Virus record (IMG/VR): IMGVR_UViG_3300025849_000024 | DNA from: an uncultured virus (IMG/VR IMGVR_UViG_3300025849_000024) | Lineage: Duplodnaviria > Heunggongvirae > Uroviricota > Caudoviricetes > Crassvirales | Reading direction: 5' to 3' (one strand) | DNA length: 64,000 bases | Shown: in pieces, positions 36,826 through 45,559 of the stretch | Position numbering within the stretch: the stretch's first letter is position 1 | Layout: each line of letters starts with the position of its first letter | Program-made: the position numbers and the translations under genes | Notes under the pieces: model-generated | Databases searched by the model: none | The model's input: only the letters and a program-made list of their open reading frames with translations | What the model was told of the DNA's origin: nothing

Positions 36826-37497
36826 ATGGAATTACCAACTCAAGTAGTAAAATCAAAAACAGTAAATCCTAGCTTGCTGACTATATTTGGTCAGTCAAAA
36901 GCAGGTAAGACAACTATGTTGTCAAAGCTCGAAGGGTGTCTTATTATAGACACAGAACGAGGTAGTAAATACATCGATGCCTTAAAGGTAGAGGTAGGTA
37001 CAACTAATGAATTAAAACAGCTTGTTGGTGCTCTGAAAACAGAGTCTAACAAGTATAAATATATTGCGCTCGACACAATTGACAATGTAGTATCATGGAT
37101 AGAGAGAGACATAGCCAGAGAGAATAATTTAGACTCTTTTGCTAAACTTCCTTTCGGTGACGGTTACAATCAAGTGCGTACAAGAGTTATGGGGCTTATT
37201 GATGCTCTATTAACATGTAGTGAGCATATTATTCTCGTTGGTCACCGTAAGAAAACAATCATTGGTACAGACTCAGTAGAAGTCAATGTAAGCAGCTTAG
37301 ATCTTTCAGGTAAACTCAAGAATTATATCATGGCTAAATCCGACGCAATAGGATTTGTATATAGAGATGAAGAAGGTGTTCTTAGCATATCTTTCGAATC
37401 TTCTGACGAAGTGGAAGCAGGTACAAGATTACCTCATTTAGCAGGTCAAATCATGAACTTTGACTGGAAACACATATACAAAACAAGTATTAAATAG
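36826..37497 (+). CDS. Sak4-like AAA ATPase (single-strand annealing family)
   Basis: Start at MELPTQ; GQSKAGKTT, IDTERG, IALDTID, ILVGH; followed by SSB. Confidence 0.8.
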   Translation: MELPTQVVKSKTVNPSLLTIFGQSKAGKTTMLSKLEGCLIIDTERGSKYIDALKVEVGTTNELKQLVGALKTESNKYKYIALDTIDNVVSWIERDIARENNLDSFAKLPFGDGYNQVRTRVMGLIDALLTCSEHIILVGHRKKTIIGTDSVEVNVSSLDLSGKLKNYIMAKSDAIGFVYRDEEGVLSISFESSDEVEAGTRLPHLAGQIMNFDWKHIYKTSIK

Positions 37498-37569
37498 AGG
37501 CTATCTCCTTAATATTTTGTATATTTATATTAACAAACAGTAAAACAATTTAATTTTTAAAAATCAATT

Positions 37570-38196
37570 ATGTATCAATTACAAGAAACACAAACAGGTG
37601 CTCCAAGCTATAAGCTAATGAGCCCAGGTATCAACGAAAACGTTAAATTAGTAGACGTAACTTTTGACACTTTAAGACAAGACGGTACAGGTGGTAACGT
37701 TATTAGGTTCTATTTTCAAGACGAGGAAGGAGCTAAATTTACACATACACAAATGGAAGTTACAAGTTTAGAAAGACTACAAGAGTCATCTAAAAATGCA
37801 GCCTCTGCAGGAAGAAGCTGGTCTTCTACTCCCGAACAATTACATGCAGACCTAATTAGAAACACAGGAGAGGTATTACACCACGTTTTATCTGCTTTTA
37901 TTCCTAAAGAACGTGTAGCTATTGGTGGTAAATCGTGGGATGACTTAGGTAAGAATGTTATCGATCTTATTGGTAACTCCTATGAAGGACATAAATTCAA
38001 GATCAAGTGTGTATATGACAAGCAAGGTAAGTATTTACAATTTCCTTCTCGTCCAGTACAGCCGTTTTGTTTACCTCAAGACTCTTCACAACAGTTAGTT
38101 GTAGGATATAGAGACAACATTACGCCTGCACAGCCTACTAATGAAGCAGAAATTAGTTCAAACACTAACAACTCTACAGCAGGAGACAGCTGGTAA
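37570..38196 (+). CDS. Putative single-stranded DNA-binding protein
   Basis: 208 aa between the Sak4-like ATPase and primase; flexible tail ending in DSW; followed by a terminator. Confidence 0.6.
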   Translation: MYQLQETQTGAPSYKLMSPGINENVKLVDVTFDTLRQDGTGGNVIRFYFQDEEGAKFTHTQMEVTSLERLQESSKNAASAGRSWSSTPEQLHADLIRNTGEVLHHVLSAFIPKERVAIGGKSWDDLGKNVIDLIGNSYEGHKFKIKCVYDKQGKYLQFPSRPVQPFCLPQDSSQQLVVGYRDNITPAQPTNEAEISSNTNNSTAGDSW

Positions 38197-38221
38197 TATT
38201 TAAATACTAATCAGACATTAC

Positions 38222-38245
38222 AGGGGGCTTCGTGCCTCCTTTTTT
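38222..38245 (+). terminator. Rho-independent terminator
   Basis: AGGGGGC-TTCGT-GCCTCCT-TTTTT. Confidence 0.8.
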
Positions 38246-38263
38246 GTCTCTAAACTATAGTAA

Positions 38264-39289
38264 ATGTACAATTTAAACCCAGTAATAACGAAAGAATACA
38301 TACTGAAGCATTTAGACCAAGCACAGATACTAGAGTATTATTTAGGGGTTAAAGTTGATGTTAACACAAAAGTAAAGTCACCTCTGCGAAAAGATAATAA
38401 TCCTTCTTGTTCATTTAAAATGATCAACGGGACTATTTACTTTAAAGATTGGGCACAAGGTTTTTCCGGCGATTGGATTAGAATCATACAATATAAGTAC
38501 GGAATTACGTACGCAAAAGCACTAGAAAAGTGTGCTATAGATTTTGGTCTTACTAACGGGAGTGTTAATGAAACAGTTGTTAAAATAGAATACAAACCAG
38601 AGAAGCTAGAACCAAAGGAGTCTAAAATAGAAATCAAAGTTAGACCTTGGGATCAGTATGACAGAGAATTCTGGTCTAAGTATGGAATTAACAAATCAAT
38701 TCTAACTCTTTATAATGTATACCCTTGTGAGATTGTGTTTTATAACTCTAAGGTAGTCTATACAAGACGTAAAAATGATATTGCATATGCGTATAGATTT
38801 GGTCCTGGTAAATATAAGATTTACATGCCTCAACGTAATGCATTTAGATGGCTATCTAATTATAATAGCTGGCAAGGTCTAGAACAACTACCTCAATTTG
38901 GTGATCACATTGTAATTACAAAGTCTATGAAAGATGTTATGGCACTAAGACAACTTGGTGTTGTATCTGCAGCTCCCGCCTCAGAAGCAGTTATACCTGA
39001 AGATAGTATAATGACAGAACTTTCTAGACGCTTTACAAATATTTACTCTTTTATGGATTTTGATTTAACCGGTGTTAAGATGGCTAATACTTTACTTAAG
39101 AGGTATAATATACAGCCTCTGTTTTTAACTGACGGTAGGTTTGGTACCAAAGATTATGGTGCTAAGGATATATCAGATTATATAGAAGTTAACGGTACTA
39201 CAGAAACATTAAAATTAATTAATCAGTGCAAATATGATAGAAGCAATCGGTTGGCTAGCAATAGCTATAGTAGTAATGATAGTAAGTAA
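38264..39289 (+). CDS. DNA primase (DnaG/Toprim, crAss-type)
   Basis: 341 aa; SPLRKDNNPSCSF...FKDW...GD N-terminal domain; Toprim ITKSMKDV and MDFDLTG; AKDISD. Confidence 0.88.
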   Translation: MYNLNPVITKEYILKHLDQAQILEYYLGVKVDVNTKVKSPLRKDNNPSCSFKMINGTIYFKDWAQGFSGDWIRIIQYKYGITYAKALEKCAIDFGLTNGSVNETVVKIEYKPEKLEPKESKIEIKVRPWDQYDREFWSKYGINKSILTLYNVYPCEIVFYNSKVVYTRRKNDIAYAYRFGPGKYKIYMPQRNAFRWLSNYNSWQGLEQLPQFGDHIVITKSMKDVMALRQLGVVSAAPASEAVIPEDSIMTELSRRFTNIYSFMDFDLTGVKMANTLLKRYNIQPLFLTDGRFGTKDYGAKDISDYIEVNGTTETLKLINQCKYDRSNRLASNSYSSNDSK

Positions 39290-39344
39290 GGAAATAGCAA
39301 AGAAAATATTTCCAGAAGATTGGGACAATAATCCATTTGAATAA
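39234..39344 (+). CDS. Small membrane peptide (36 aa) overlapping the primase 3' end
   Basis: MIEAIGWLAIAIVVMIVSKEIAKKIFPEDWDNNPFE; ends 11 nt before the next ATG. Confidence 0.5.
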   Translation: MIEAIGWLAIAIVVMIVSKEIAKKIFPEDWDNNPFE

Positions 39345-39355
39345 AAGCTAAAAAT

Positions 39356-39958
39356 ATGATAACATCAATAGAGATACCACAGTTCATCAAGAAAGTGATG
39401 GTAGCTAAAGCGCGTAGAATTAAATACTATAAAAAAGGTGGTAAAATACCTAAAAAGTACGCTAATAATAAATTTGACAAAAAAGGACGCATGATTGATA
39501 GTGAAGGTAACCATGTAGTTGCTAACCCTAGAACTATAGGTACAGCTAGATATCTTACAATAAACGGTCAACAGCTGTATAATGCTCGTATGAGCCCTCA
39601 TATGAGGAGTAAAATAGTAAATGCAGTAAAAGATAGTTACATGCCTCATGTTAAAGATGTGAAGCCTATCAAAAAACTGCCAGTAACTATATCATTAGAT
39701 TTCTATGACACAACTAGACAAGCTAATTGGGATTTAGATAATCAATGGTTGTATGGCAAGTGTTTTCAAGATTTAATAGTAAAGTTAGGTATAATACCTG
39801 ATGACGATATTAAATATATAACTCAAGCTAGTGCTCCGCGTTTCTTTCCTGTTGATACAGAAGAAGAAAGAAAGTTGATATTTCATATAAAAACAGAAAC
39901 TCGTGTAGAAATACTAAAACATAAATTTTATGATACATTTTACAGGAAAGGTAAGTAA
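39356..39958 (+). CDS. RusA-like Holliday junction resolvase
   Basis: 200 aa; WDLDN...K.FQD...GIIPDDD matches the RusA acidic triad pattern. Confidence 0.75.
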   Translation: MITSIEIPQFIKKVMVAKARRIKYYKKGGKIPKKYANNKFDKKGRMIDSEGNHVVANPRTIGTARYLTINGQQLYNARMSPHMRSKIVNAVKDSYMPHVKDVKPIKKLPVTISLDFYDTTRQANWDLDNQWLYGKCFQDLIVKLGIIPDDDIKYITQASAPRFFPVDTEEERKLIFHIKTETRVEILKHKFYDTFYRKGK

Positions 39959-40403
39959 TGGTAGAATAGTACCAGACGATCCTATTATGGTTAACGATGA
40001 TCTTAATAAACTACATGATAAAGATGTAGAAGTTACGATCAAAAAGACCAAAACAAGAAGCAATCCACAGAACAGATATTACTGGGGTGTTGTAGTTTAT
40101 CTTATTAAAGAACGCTTTAAAGAGTTAGGCTATACACGTACAGATATCCAACAAGAACATGTAAGTAGTCCTATAACTAGAGACGATGTACATACTTTTC
40201 TTAGAGAGAACTTTCTAAGAGATGATTGGATTGTGAGAGATACCGGTGTAGTAATCGGAACTGTAGCAAAATCAACCACGGAGTTATCTACGGATGAGTT
40301 TGTTATATACTTAGAAAATGTGAGAAATTGGGCAGCAGAAACTCTAGACATAGATATACCTGATCCAAATACTCCTATTAACACAAATATAGAAATCAAA
40401 TAA
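39930..40403 (+). CDS. NinB/Orf-like recombination mediator
   Basis: 157 aa; RSNPQNRYYW...H...STTELSTDEF..Y.E.V...AAE.L.I.IPDP. Confidence 0.75.
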   Translation: MIHFTGKVSNGRIVPDDPIMVNDDLNKLHDKDVEVTIKKTKTRSNPQNRYYWGVVVYLIKERFKELGYTRTDIQQEHVSSPITRDDVHTFLRENFLRDDWIVRDTGVVIGTVAKSTTELSTDEFVIYLENVRNWAAETLDIDIPDPNTPINTNIEIK

Positions 40404-40413
40404 ATCAATAATC

Positions 40414-40644
40414 ATGGGAAGAATGAAAGAGTATTATCTTAATAACATAGACTGGGAACATGAGCACATAAATCAACCACCAATGGAAGAACCATTGTAT
40501 TGTAGTGATCAAATACCACACATAGCATGTCCTAACTGTTTTAAAGGGCGTATAAACATGAACTACACTACTAAAGAAGGTGAATGTGAAAGTTGTGGGC
40601 AAGAGTTTGTATTAGTAGGAAATAACACAGTTAGATATAAATAA
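40414..40644 (+). CDS. Small Zn-ribbon protein
   Basis: 76 aa; CPNC...CESCG. Confidence 0.65.
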   Translation: MGRMKEYYLNNIDWEHEHINQPPMEEPLYCSDQIPHIACPNCFKGRINMNYTTKEGECESCGQEFVLVGNNTVRYK

Positions 40645-40655
40645 AACAATAAAGA

Positions 40656-42941
40656 ATGAAAATAGTAAGCAACGCAGACATACAACATGTCGGTACCGTA
40701 TCAGAGTCAATAGATTTTGGTATAGACAGTAGTAATATTGGTATATTGTTTAGGGGTTTCTCTGATACTTTATATTCTAATAAGATAGGATCTATAGTTA
40801 GAGAAGTAACTTCTAACTGTTTCGATTCTCACAGAGAAGCTAACATCAAAGATGATGTAGTTATATTATTATCAAAAGCGGACCCTCTCACAGGTAAATC
40901 AGGTAAAATCTGTTTTAAAGATGTAGGTGTAGGATTAAGTCCTGACAGAATCAAAAACATTTATTCTAAGTATTTTTCTTCTACAAAAAGAGGATCTAAC
41001 AACGAAATAGGTGGTTTTGGTATAGGTGCAAAGAGTCCTTTGGCTTATACAGACGCTTTTGAGGTAAAAACTATTTATGATAAAGTAGAATATCATTATA
41101 TAGTACATAGAGGTGAACAAGTTCCTAGAATAGAACTTTTAACAAGACATAATACAGATACTAGAAATGGTACAGAGGTTATATTACCTGTAAGAACAGG
41201 AGACGAAGATAAGTTTATTACAGAGTGTAAAAGACAACTGCGTTTCTTTGATAATATTTCTTACAGAGGTATGGGTATAAACAATAACTACAAAGTTATG
41301 TCTGGTAACAGCTGGATAGCAACTGGTAGTACTGGTTATACAGACTTTAAGCTTTCTATTTGTTTAGGTGGTGTAAGTTATCCTCTTGATGCAAATCAAG
41401 TAGGTCTTGGTAGATATGGAGAAGACATAGATTATTTAGATACATACTCACAAACTACAGTAGCACTGAAATTTGAAGTAGGTGATATTGATGTTACTAT
41501 GTCTAGAGAGGCTATAGAATATAACGACAGAACTATACTAGCAATTAAAACAAAATATAGAGAAGCTAGAGAAGAACTAAGAGAGCTTTATTATAAATCA
41601 TGGAAAGAGGAAACTGATTTTAAACGTTACATAGATTTATGTGAAGAAAGCAGAGGAACTCCTACTATACCGGTTACAAAAGAAGAAAGCATTAGCATAG
41701 ACTTTTGTATACCTGGATCAGATAGACCAGAGTTTGCTCCTTGGGGTATGTCTGTTACACCTACTGATATTGATTTTATATTTAAAGGCTATTCTGTTAA
41801 TGATGGTAAGCGAAATACTAAGAAATATAGTAATAGCGCTTCTCATCACTTTGCTAGAAAACCTATCACAGCTTTCTTTAGAAAGAGAGGTAAGTTAAGT
41901 AGTATAAAGAATGAGTATATAGAACAAGCTCTTGTAGGAACTAATAGCTTTGTTTGTTTAGAGTTATCTGATGACGATACATGGAAAAACACTTTGCAGG
42001 AAAGCAAAGTAATAATGCTAGAGAAGTTAAAACCTTTGTTATTGCGCTATATTATAGACAATACACAAAGCTATGATGATCTTGTAGTCCCTGATACGTT
42101 TAAACCTTCTGTTAAAGCAATAGCTAAAACTAAACCTCCTAGAGATTTGGTATGTGCTAGACAGCTGAAATGGTACAACGACTATGACAGAAAACTTGAT
42201 TATGTTAGATTTTATAAAACAGAAGTGTATTACAAAGATCTAACTAAGCTAGTTAACCAAGGTGTAAGTATTGTTTATGCATCTTCAGAAGAAGAAGAGC
42301 AGCTAAAACGACTGGGTCTTGTTTTGTATAACAGTAAGTTTAATACAGGCAAAAACAGATTAGGTAAAGCTACTTATGGACCTCTTTATAATATTTCTAG
42401 AATACAAGTGCATAAAATTGCTAAGTCTCACTTAAAGTGGTATAAGCAAATAGGTGCTCTGACTATTAAAGAATTTTTAGTAAAGAACTATAACTATTTT
42501 ATGTGCACTAAGTCCATAGAGTATTTACATGGTCTTGTAAACAGGCATCCTGTTTTATTAGGAGAAGGATCTAATGTGTCTCCTATTTCTAGAAAGTATC
42601 GTACTGATTTTGCAACTATTATTACAGATGTAAATACCCAAAACAGAACTGATCAACGTGTAGAAAACGTGACAAGTCTGTTTAATCATTACAATATAGT
42701 TATGGCTGATACTAATGCTACTGCTTATGGTAAACAAGGAGGTTATTATATGAACGGTTTGTTAGAGTTTCTTAAGGAACAAGCAGACGAGTTGGTGTTC
42801 TTAGAAAAATATTTCTTGACTCAGAATACAACACGAGACGACAAAGCGGAAAATATTATTAAAAATATTATTCCACAATTTTATTCAAAAAACAATTTTA
42901 AAATTAAAAACTATTTCAATGAATCAAGTATTTGCAATTAG
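40656..42941 (+). CDS. rIIA: rIIA-like protein (GHKL/HSP90-type ATPase)
   Basis: 761 aa; LYSNKIGSIVREVTSNCFDSH, DVGVGLS, STKRGSNNEIGGFGIGAKSPLAY, NGTEV; paired with rIIB. Confidence 0.88.
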   Translation: MKIVSNADIQHVGTVSESIDFGIDSSNIGILFRGFSDTLYSNKIGSIVREVTSNCFDSHREANIKDDVVILLSKADPLTGKSGKICFKDVGVGLSPDRIKNIYSKYFSSTKRGSNNEIGGFGIGAKSPLAYTDAFEVKTIYDKVEYHYIVHRGEQVPRIELLTRHNTDTRNGTEVILPVRTGDEDKFITECKRQLRFFDNISYRGMGINNNYKVMSGNSWIATGSTGYTDFKLSICLGGVSYPLDANQVGLGRYGEDIDYLDTYSQTTVALKFEVGDIDVTMSREAIEYNDRTILAIKTKYREAREELRELYYKSWKEETDFKRYIDLCEESRGTPTIPVTKEESISIDFCIPGSDRPEFAPWGMSVTPTDIDFIFKGYSVNDGKRNTKKYSNSASHHFARKPITAFFRKRGKLSSIKNEYIEQALVGTNSFVCLELSDDDTWKNTLQESKVIMLEKLKPLLLRYIIDNTQSYDDLVVPDTFKPSVKAIAKTKPPRDLVCARQLKWYNDYDRKLDYVRFYKTEVYYKDLTKLVNQGVSIVYASSEEEEQLKRLGLVLYNSKFNTGKNRLGKATYGPLYNISRIQVHKIAKSHLKWYKQIGALTIKEFLVKNYNYFMCTKSIEYLHGLVNRHPVLLGEGSNVSPISRKYRTDFATIITDVNTQNRTDQRVENVTSLFNHYNIVMADTNATAYGKQGGYYMNGLLEFLKEQADELVFLEKYFLTQNTTRDDKAENIIKNIIPQFYSKNNFKIKNYFNESSICN

Positions 42942-44049
42942 AAGTAACAGAGATGTTACAGCACTAGTAAATGGTAGTAGCTTTTACAAAACAGCTAACA
43001 CTAAAGAAGAAGCACAAACACTGTACGAACAAGTTAAAACTGTAGCTTTAAATCCCAAAGATCTTTTGGTAAAAGAGCTAATAGAAAAGTTTGATCCAGT
43101 TTCTAGAGTGTATAACAACCAAGATCTTGTTAAAGACAGTCTTGGTAATTGGTATTTAAAGGGCTTCAGCGAGCCCTTACCTACCAAACTGTTGACAAAG
43201 ATGAAATCATTCTTAGATGCAGGTCATCCTATAACTCCATTAGTTAATTTTTGGAAGCTATTAATGTTAAACCCAGCGGAACATGTCAAACGTGATCTTT
43301 ACAATTTTATGGATCAATATGATTTTCCTATTACGGACTCCGGTTATTTTATTGCCTATAAATCTGTGAAGAAAACAAAGAAAACATACAAAGCTGTAAA
43401 TATGTGGGTACCTAAAGAGTACATACAAATGAAAGCCTCTGGAGAAGATCCAAAAGACTACACTGTAATGGATGTAGACGGTGAATTTTCTATTGTTAAA
43501 ACAGAAATTGTAGCAGATAAAAACGGTAATTTTATTGCACCTCAGCATGTTGCTGGTAATCTAGATGAAATGTTTAATAGCATGAATGATCTAGGAGGTG
43601 ATGTAGATGCGCCAGAGTTTACTGATTGGCATGGTGGTAGTACACAAATCCGTTTAGGATCTCCTGTATCTATGCCTAGAAGCTCTTGCGACAGCAACCC
43701 AGACAATACATGTTCAAGTGGTTTGCATGTAGGTGCTCCTGGGTATGTCAAAGGATTTGGCGGTGGTGATAATGTTTTCTTAGCTACTTTAGTAAATCCT
43801 ATGAATATTGTAGCAGTTCCTGCTGATTATTCTTATCAAAAAATGAGATGTTGTGAGTATTACGCATATGGTATTGTAGACTTAAACAATGACATGGCAA
43901 TTACAACGCCTTATTTCGAGCATGATTATAAAACATGGGAGACAGAATCGTTAGAAGAACAACTAGCAGAAATAGGACAGTATAGCACTTCTGCTCAATT
44001 GGCAGAAAAAGCTAATATCGTACAAGAAAGACTTGTAATGGTAGCATAA
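42919..44049 (+). CDS. rIIB: rIIB-like protein
   Basis: 376 aa; LVNFW...LNP...LYNF...PITDSGYFIAYK, MPRSSCD...TCSSGLHVG, VNP..IVAVPADY...KMRCCEY. Confidence 0.88.
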   Translation: MNQVFAIRSNRDVTALVNGSSFYKTANTKEEAQTLYEQVKTVALNPKDLLVKELIEKFDPVSRVYNNQDLVKDSLGNWYLKGFSEPLPTKLLTKMKSFLDAGHPITPLVNFWKLLMLNPAEHVKRDLYNFMDQYDFPITDSGYFIAYKSVKKTKKTYKAVNMWVPKEYIQMKASGEDPKDYTVMDVDGEFSIVKTEIVADKNGNFIAPQHVAGNLDEMFNSMNDLGGDVDAPEFTDWHGGSTQIRLGSPVSMPRSSCDSNPDNTCSSGLHVGAPGYVKGFGGGDNVFLATLVNPMNIVAVPADYSYQKMRCCEYYAYGIVDLNNDMAITTPYFEHDYKTWETESLEEQLAEIGQYSTSAQLAEKANIVQERLVMVA

Positions 44050-44052
44050 TTT

Positions 44053-44111
44053 AGAAGAGGGGTCAATCGTAGTAATACGTGCAGGGTTACCGAGTCCCAA
44101 CCCCTCTTTTT
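44053..44111 (+). other. Structured intergenic element (three-way junction; terminator or ncRNA)
   Basis: 11-bp stem AGAAGAGGGGT/ACCCCTCTTTT enclosing CGTA-GTAA-TACG and GGG-TTACCGAGT-CCC. Confidence 0.55.
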
Positions 44112-44126
44112 ATTAAAATTTACAGT

Positions 44127-44363
44127 ATGAAAATTATATTATTAATATTTAGTGTTATTTGGATTTTTATAGGCTTTAATGTTTTAAATGTAGATGTTTA
44201 CGATGAGAAGGGAAATCTTATAAAAGACACACCTCAATTTAGAAGAAAATCACAAGGGAGAAGCCCTAGACAAATGATTAGTAATTATAAGATTTTTGGC
44301 ATATCAATTATAACAGGTTCTATAATTTCTACTGTTTATTTATTATATAAAATATTTATTTAA
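44127..44363 (+). CDS. Small membrane protein (2 TM)
   Basis: 78 aa from MKIILLIFSVIW; two hydrophobic segments flanking a charged loop. Confidence 0.55.
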   Translation: MKIILLIFSVIWIFIGFNVLNVDVYDEKGNLIKDTPQFRRKSQGRSPRQMISNYKIFGISIITGSIISTVYLLYKIFI

Positions 44364-44365
44364 TT

Positions 44366-44578
44366 ATGACAATAAAAGAAGAACACACAAGACTTATATG
44401 CAAGGCATTAAATAGAACCTACGGACATAGAGAAGAAGCAGCAAAACTTTTAGGAATTACAGCTAGAACTTTATACAGATATTTAAGAGATTATTCTATA
44501 ATCAAAGTAAAAGGAAAATATATAGAAAATGATAAAAACGCAGAAAACAAAGACCCTGGTAACAAAACCAAACAATAA
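44366..44578 (+). CDS. Fis-like helix-turn-helix protein
   Basis: 70 aa; ALNRTYGHREEAAKLLGITARTLYRYL. Confidence 0.8.
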   Translation: MTIKEEHTRLICKALNRTYGHREEAAKLLGITARTLYRYLRDYSIIKVKGKYIENDKNAENKDPGNKTKQ

Positions 44579-45371
44579 CAGCGCAAATTGCATAGCCCCT
44601 AATCTTATTTATGGATGTTTTGGTGGTTGTGTTAACACTTATTGTTATATGTCACGTTACAATGGCACTAGAGTGTTTGTCAACACTAATGTTGATGAAA
44701 TCTTTCAATCAGTTGTTGAATGGGAGAAGACTTACAATAAAGTGCCTGACCAACAGGATCCTGTATACACAATGGTAGACATTGCATGCAATACAGACTT
44801 GGTACTTATGCAGAAACATGTAAAAAAAACTGGAATTTCTTTACACGATTACTTGCTTATGTATGATAAACACGAAAATCTTAACACAACGATGGCTACT
44901 AAGTATCCAGGACTACTAACAACAGACGTAAATTCTTTCAAAAAACGCCCTCGTATACGTGTTTCTCTTATGCCGCAGGTATATTCTACCGTCTTAGAGC
45001 CTAATATGCAGGATATTTACTCTCGTATTGAAGATATTAATAGATTGAAAGATTTAGGATGGGAAGTACACATAAACTACTCTCCTCTTATATTTCATCA
45101 CCACTGGGATGAGTTTTACGAAGAGTTATTTCAAGAAGTTTCTGCAATTGCTGGTGAAAACAAGTGTGAAGTAATAGTTTTAACTAATCATGTTAATCAA
45201 ATGGCAAAAGCATCACCAGAAGCAAGACACTTAATGCAATATAGCAATGAGGTAAAAAACAAAAGCGGTGTAATGCGATATCCGCTAAAGCATAAAAGTA
45301 GATTGTTAAACGAATGGACAGATCTCTATTGTAAATACTTTAGCAGAGAGTCTATTAGATATATATTTTAA
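44529..45371 (+). CDS. Spore photoproduct lyase-like radical SAM protein
   Basis: 280 aa; IAPNLIYGCFGGCVNTYCY, DIACNTD, ATKY, RIRVSLMP, GWEVHINYSP, MRY match the SP-lyase-family pattern. Confidence 0.78.
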   Translation: MIKTQKTKTLVTKPNNNSANCIAPNLIYGCFGGCVNTYCYMSRYNGTRVFVNTNVDEIFQSVVEWEKTYNKVPDQQDPVYTMVDIACNTDLVLMQKHVKKTGISLHDYLLMYDKHENLNTTMATKYPGLLTTDVNSFKKRPRIRVSLMPQVYSTVLEPNMQDIYSRIEDINRLKDLGWEVHINYSPLIFHHHWDEFYEELFQEVSAIAGENKCEVIVLTNHVNQMAKASPEARHLMQYSNEVKNKSGVMRYPLKHKSRLLNEWTDLYCKYFSRESIRYIF

Positions 45372-45373
45372 TT

Positions 45374-45499
45374 ATGGACCCAGTAGATTACGGAAACCCG
45401 GCATATGACAGTGATGATTACACATGTTCACACTGCGAAAAGCCTATGTCAAAACCAGGATATTGCAGTAATGCTTGTTTTGAAGCAGATATGCTATAA
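45374..45499 (+). CDS. Small Zn-finger (treble-clef-like) protein (41 aa; below cutoff)
   Basis: MDPVDYGNPAYDSDDYTCSHCEKPMSKPGYCSNACFEADML; CxxC-x9-CSxxC; starts 2 nt after the upstream stop. Confidence 0.7.
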   Translation: MDPVDYGNPAYDSDDYTCSHCEKPMSKPGYCSNACFEADML

Positions 45500-45559
45500 A
45501 AATTTAAAAGAATCTTGTATATTGCATACAGTATATACAGTTAAAAAGAAATTAATAAT

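Noticed and set aside
44079..44126. GTG-start extension of the 44079-44363 ORF
   Set aside because: It runs through the structured element; the ATG at 44127 has a normal A/T-rich leader.
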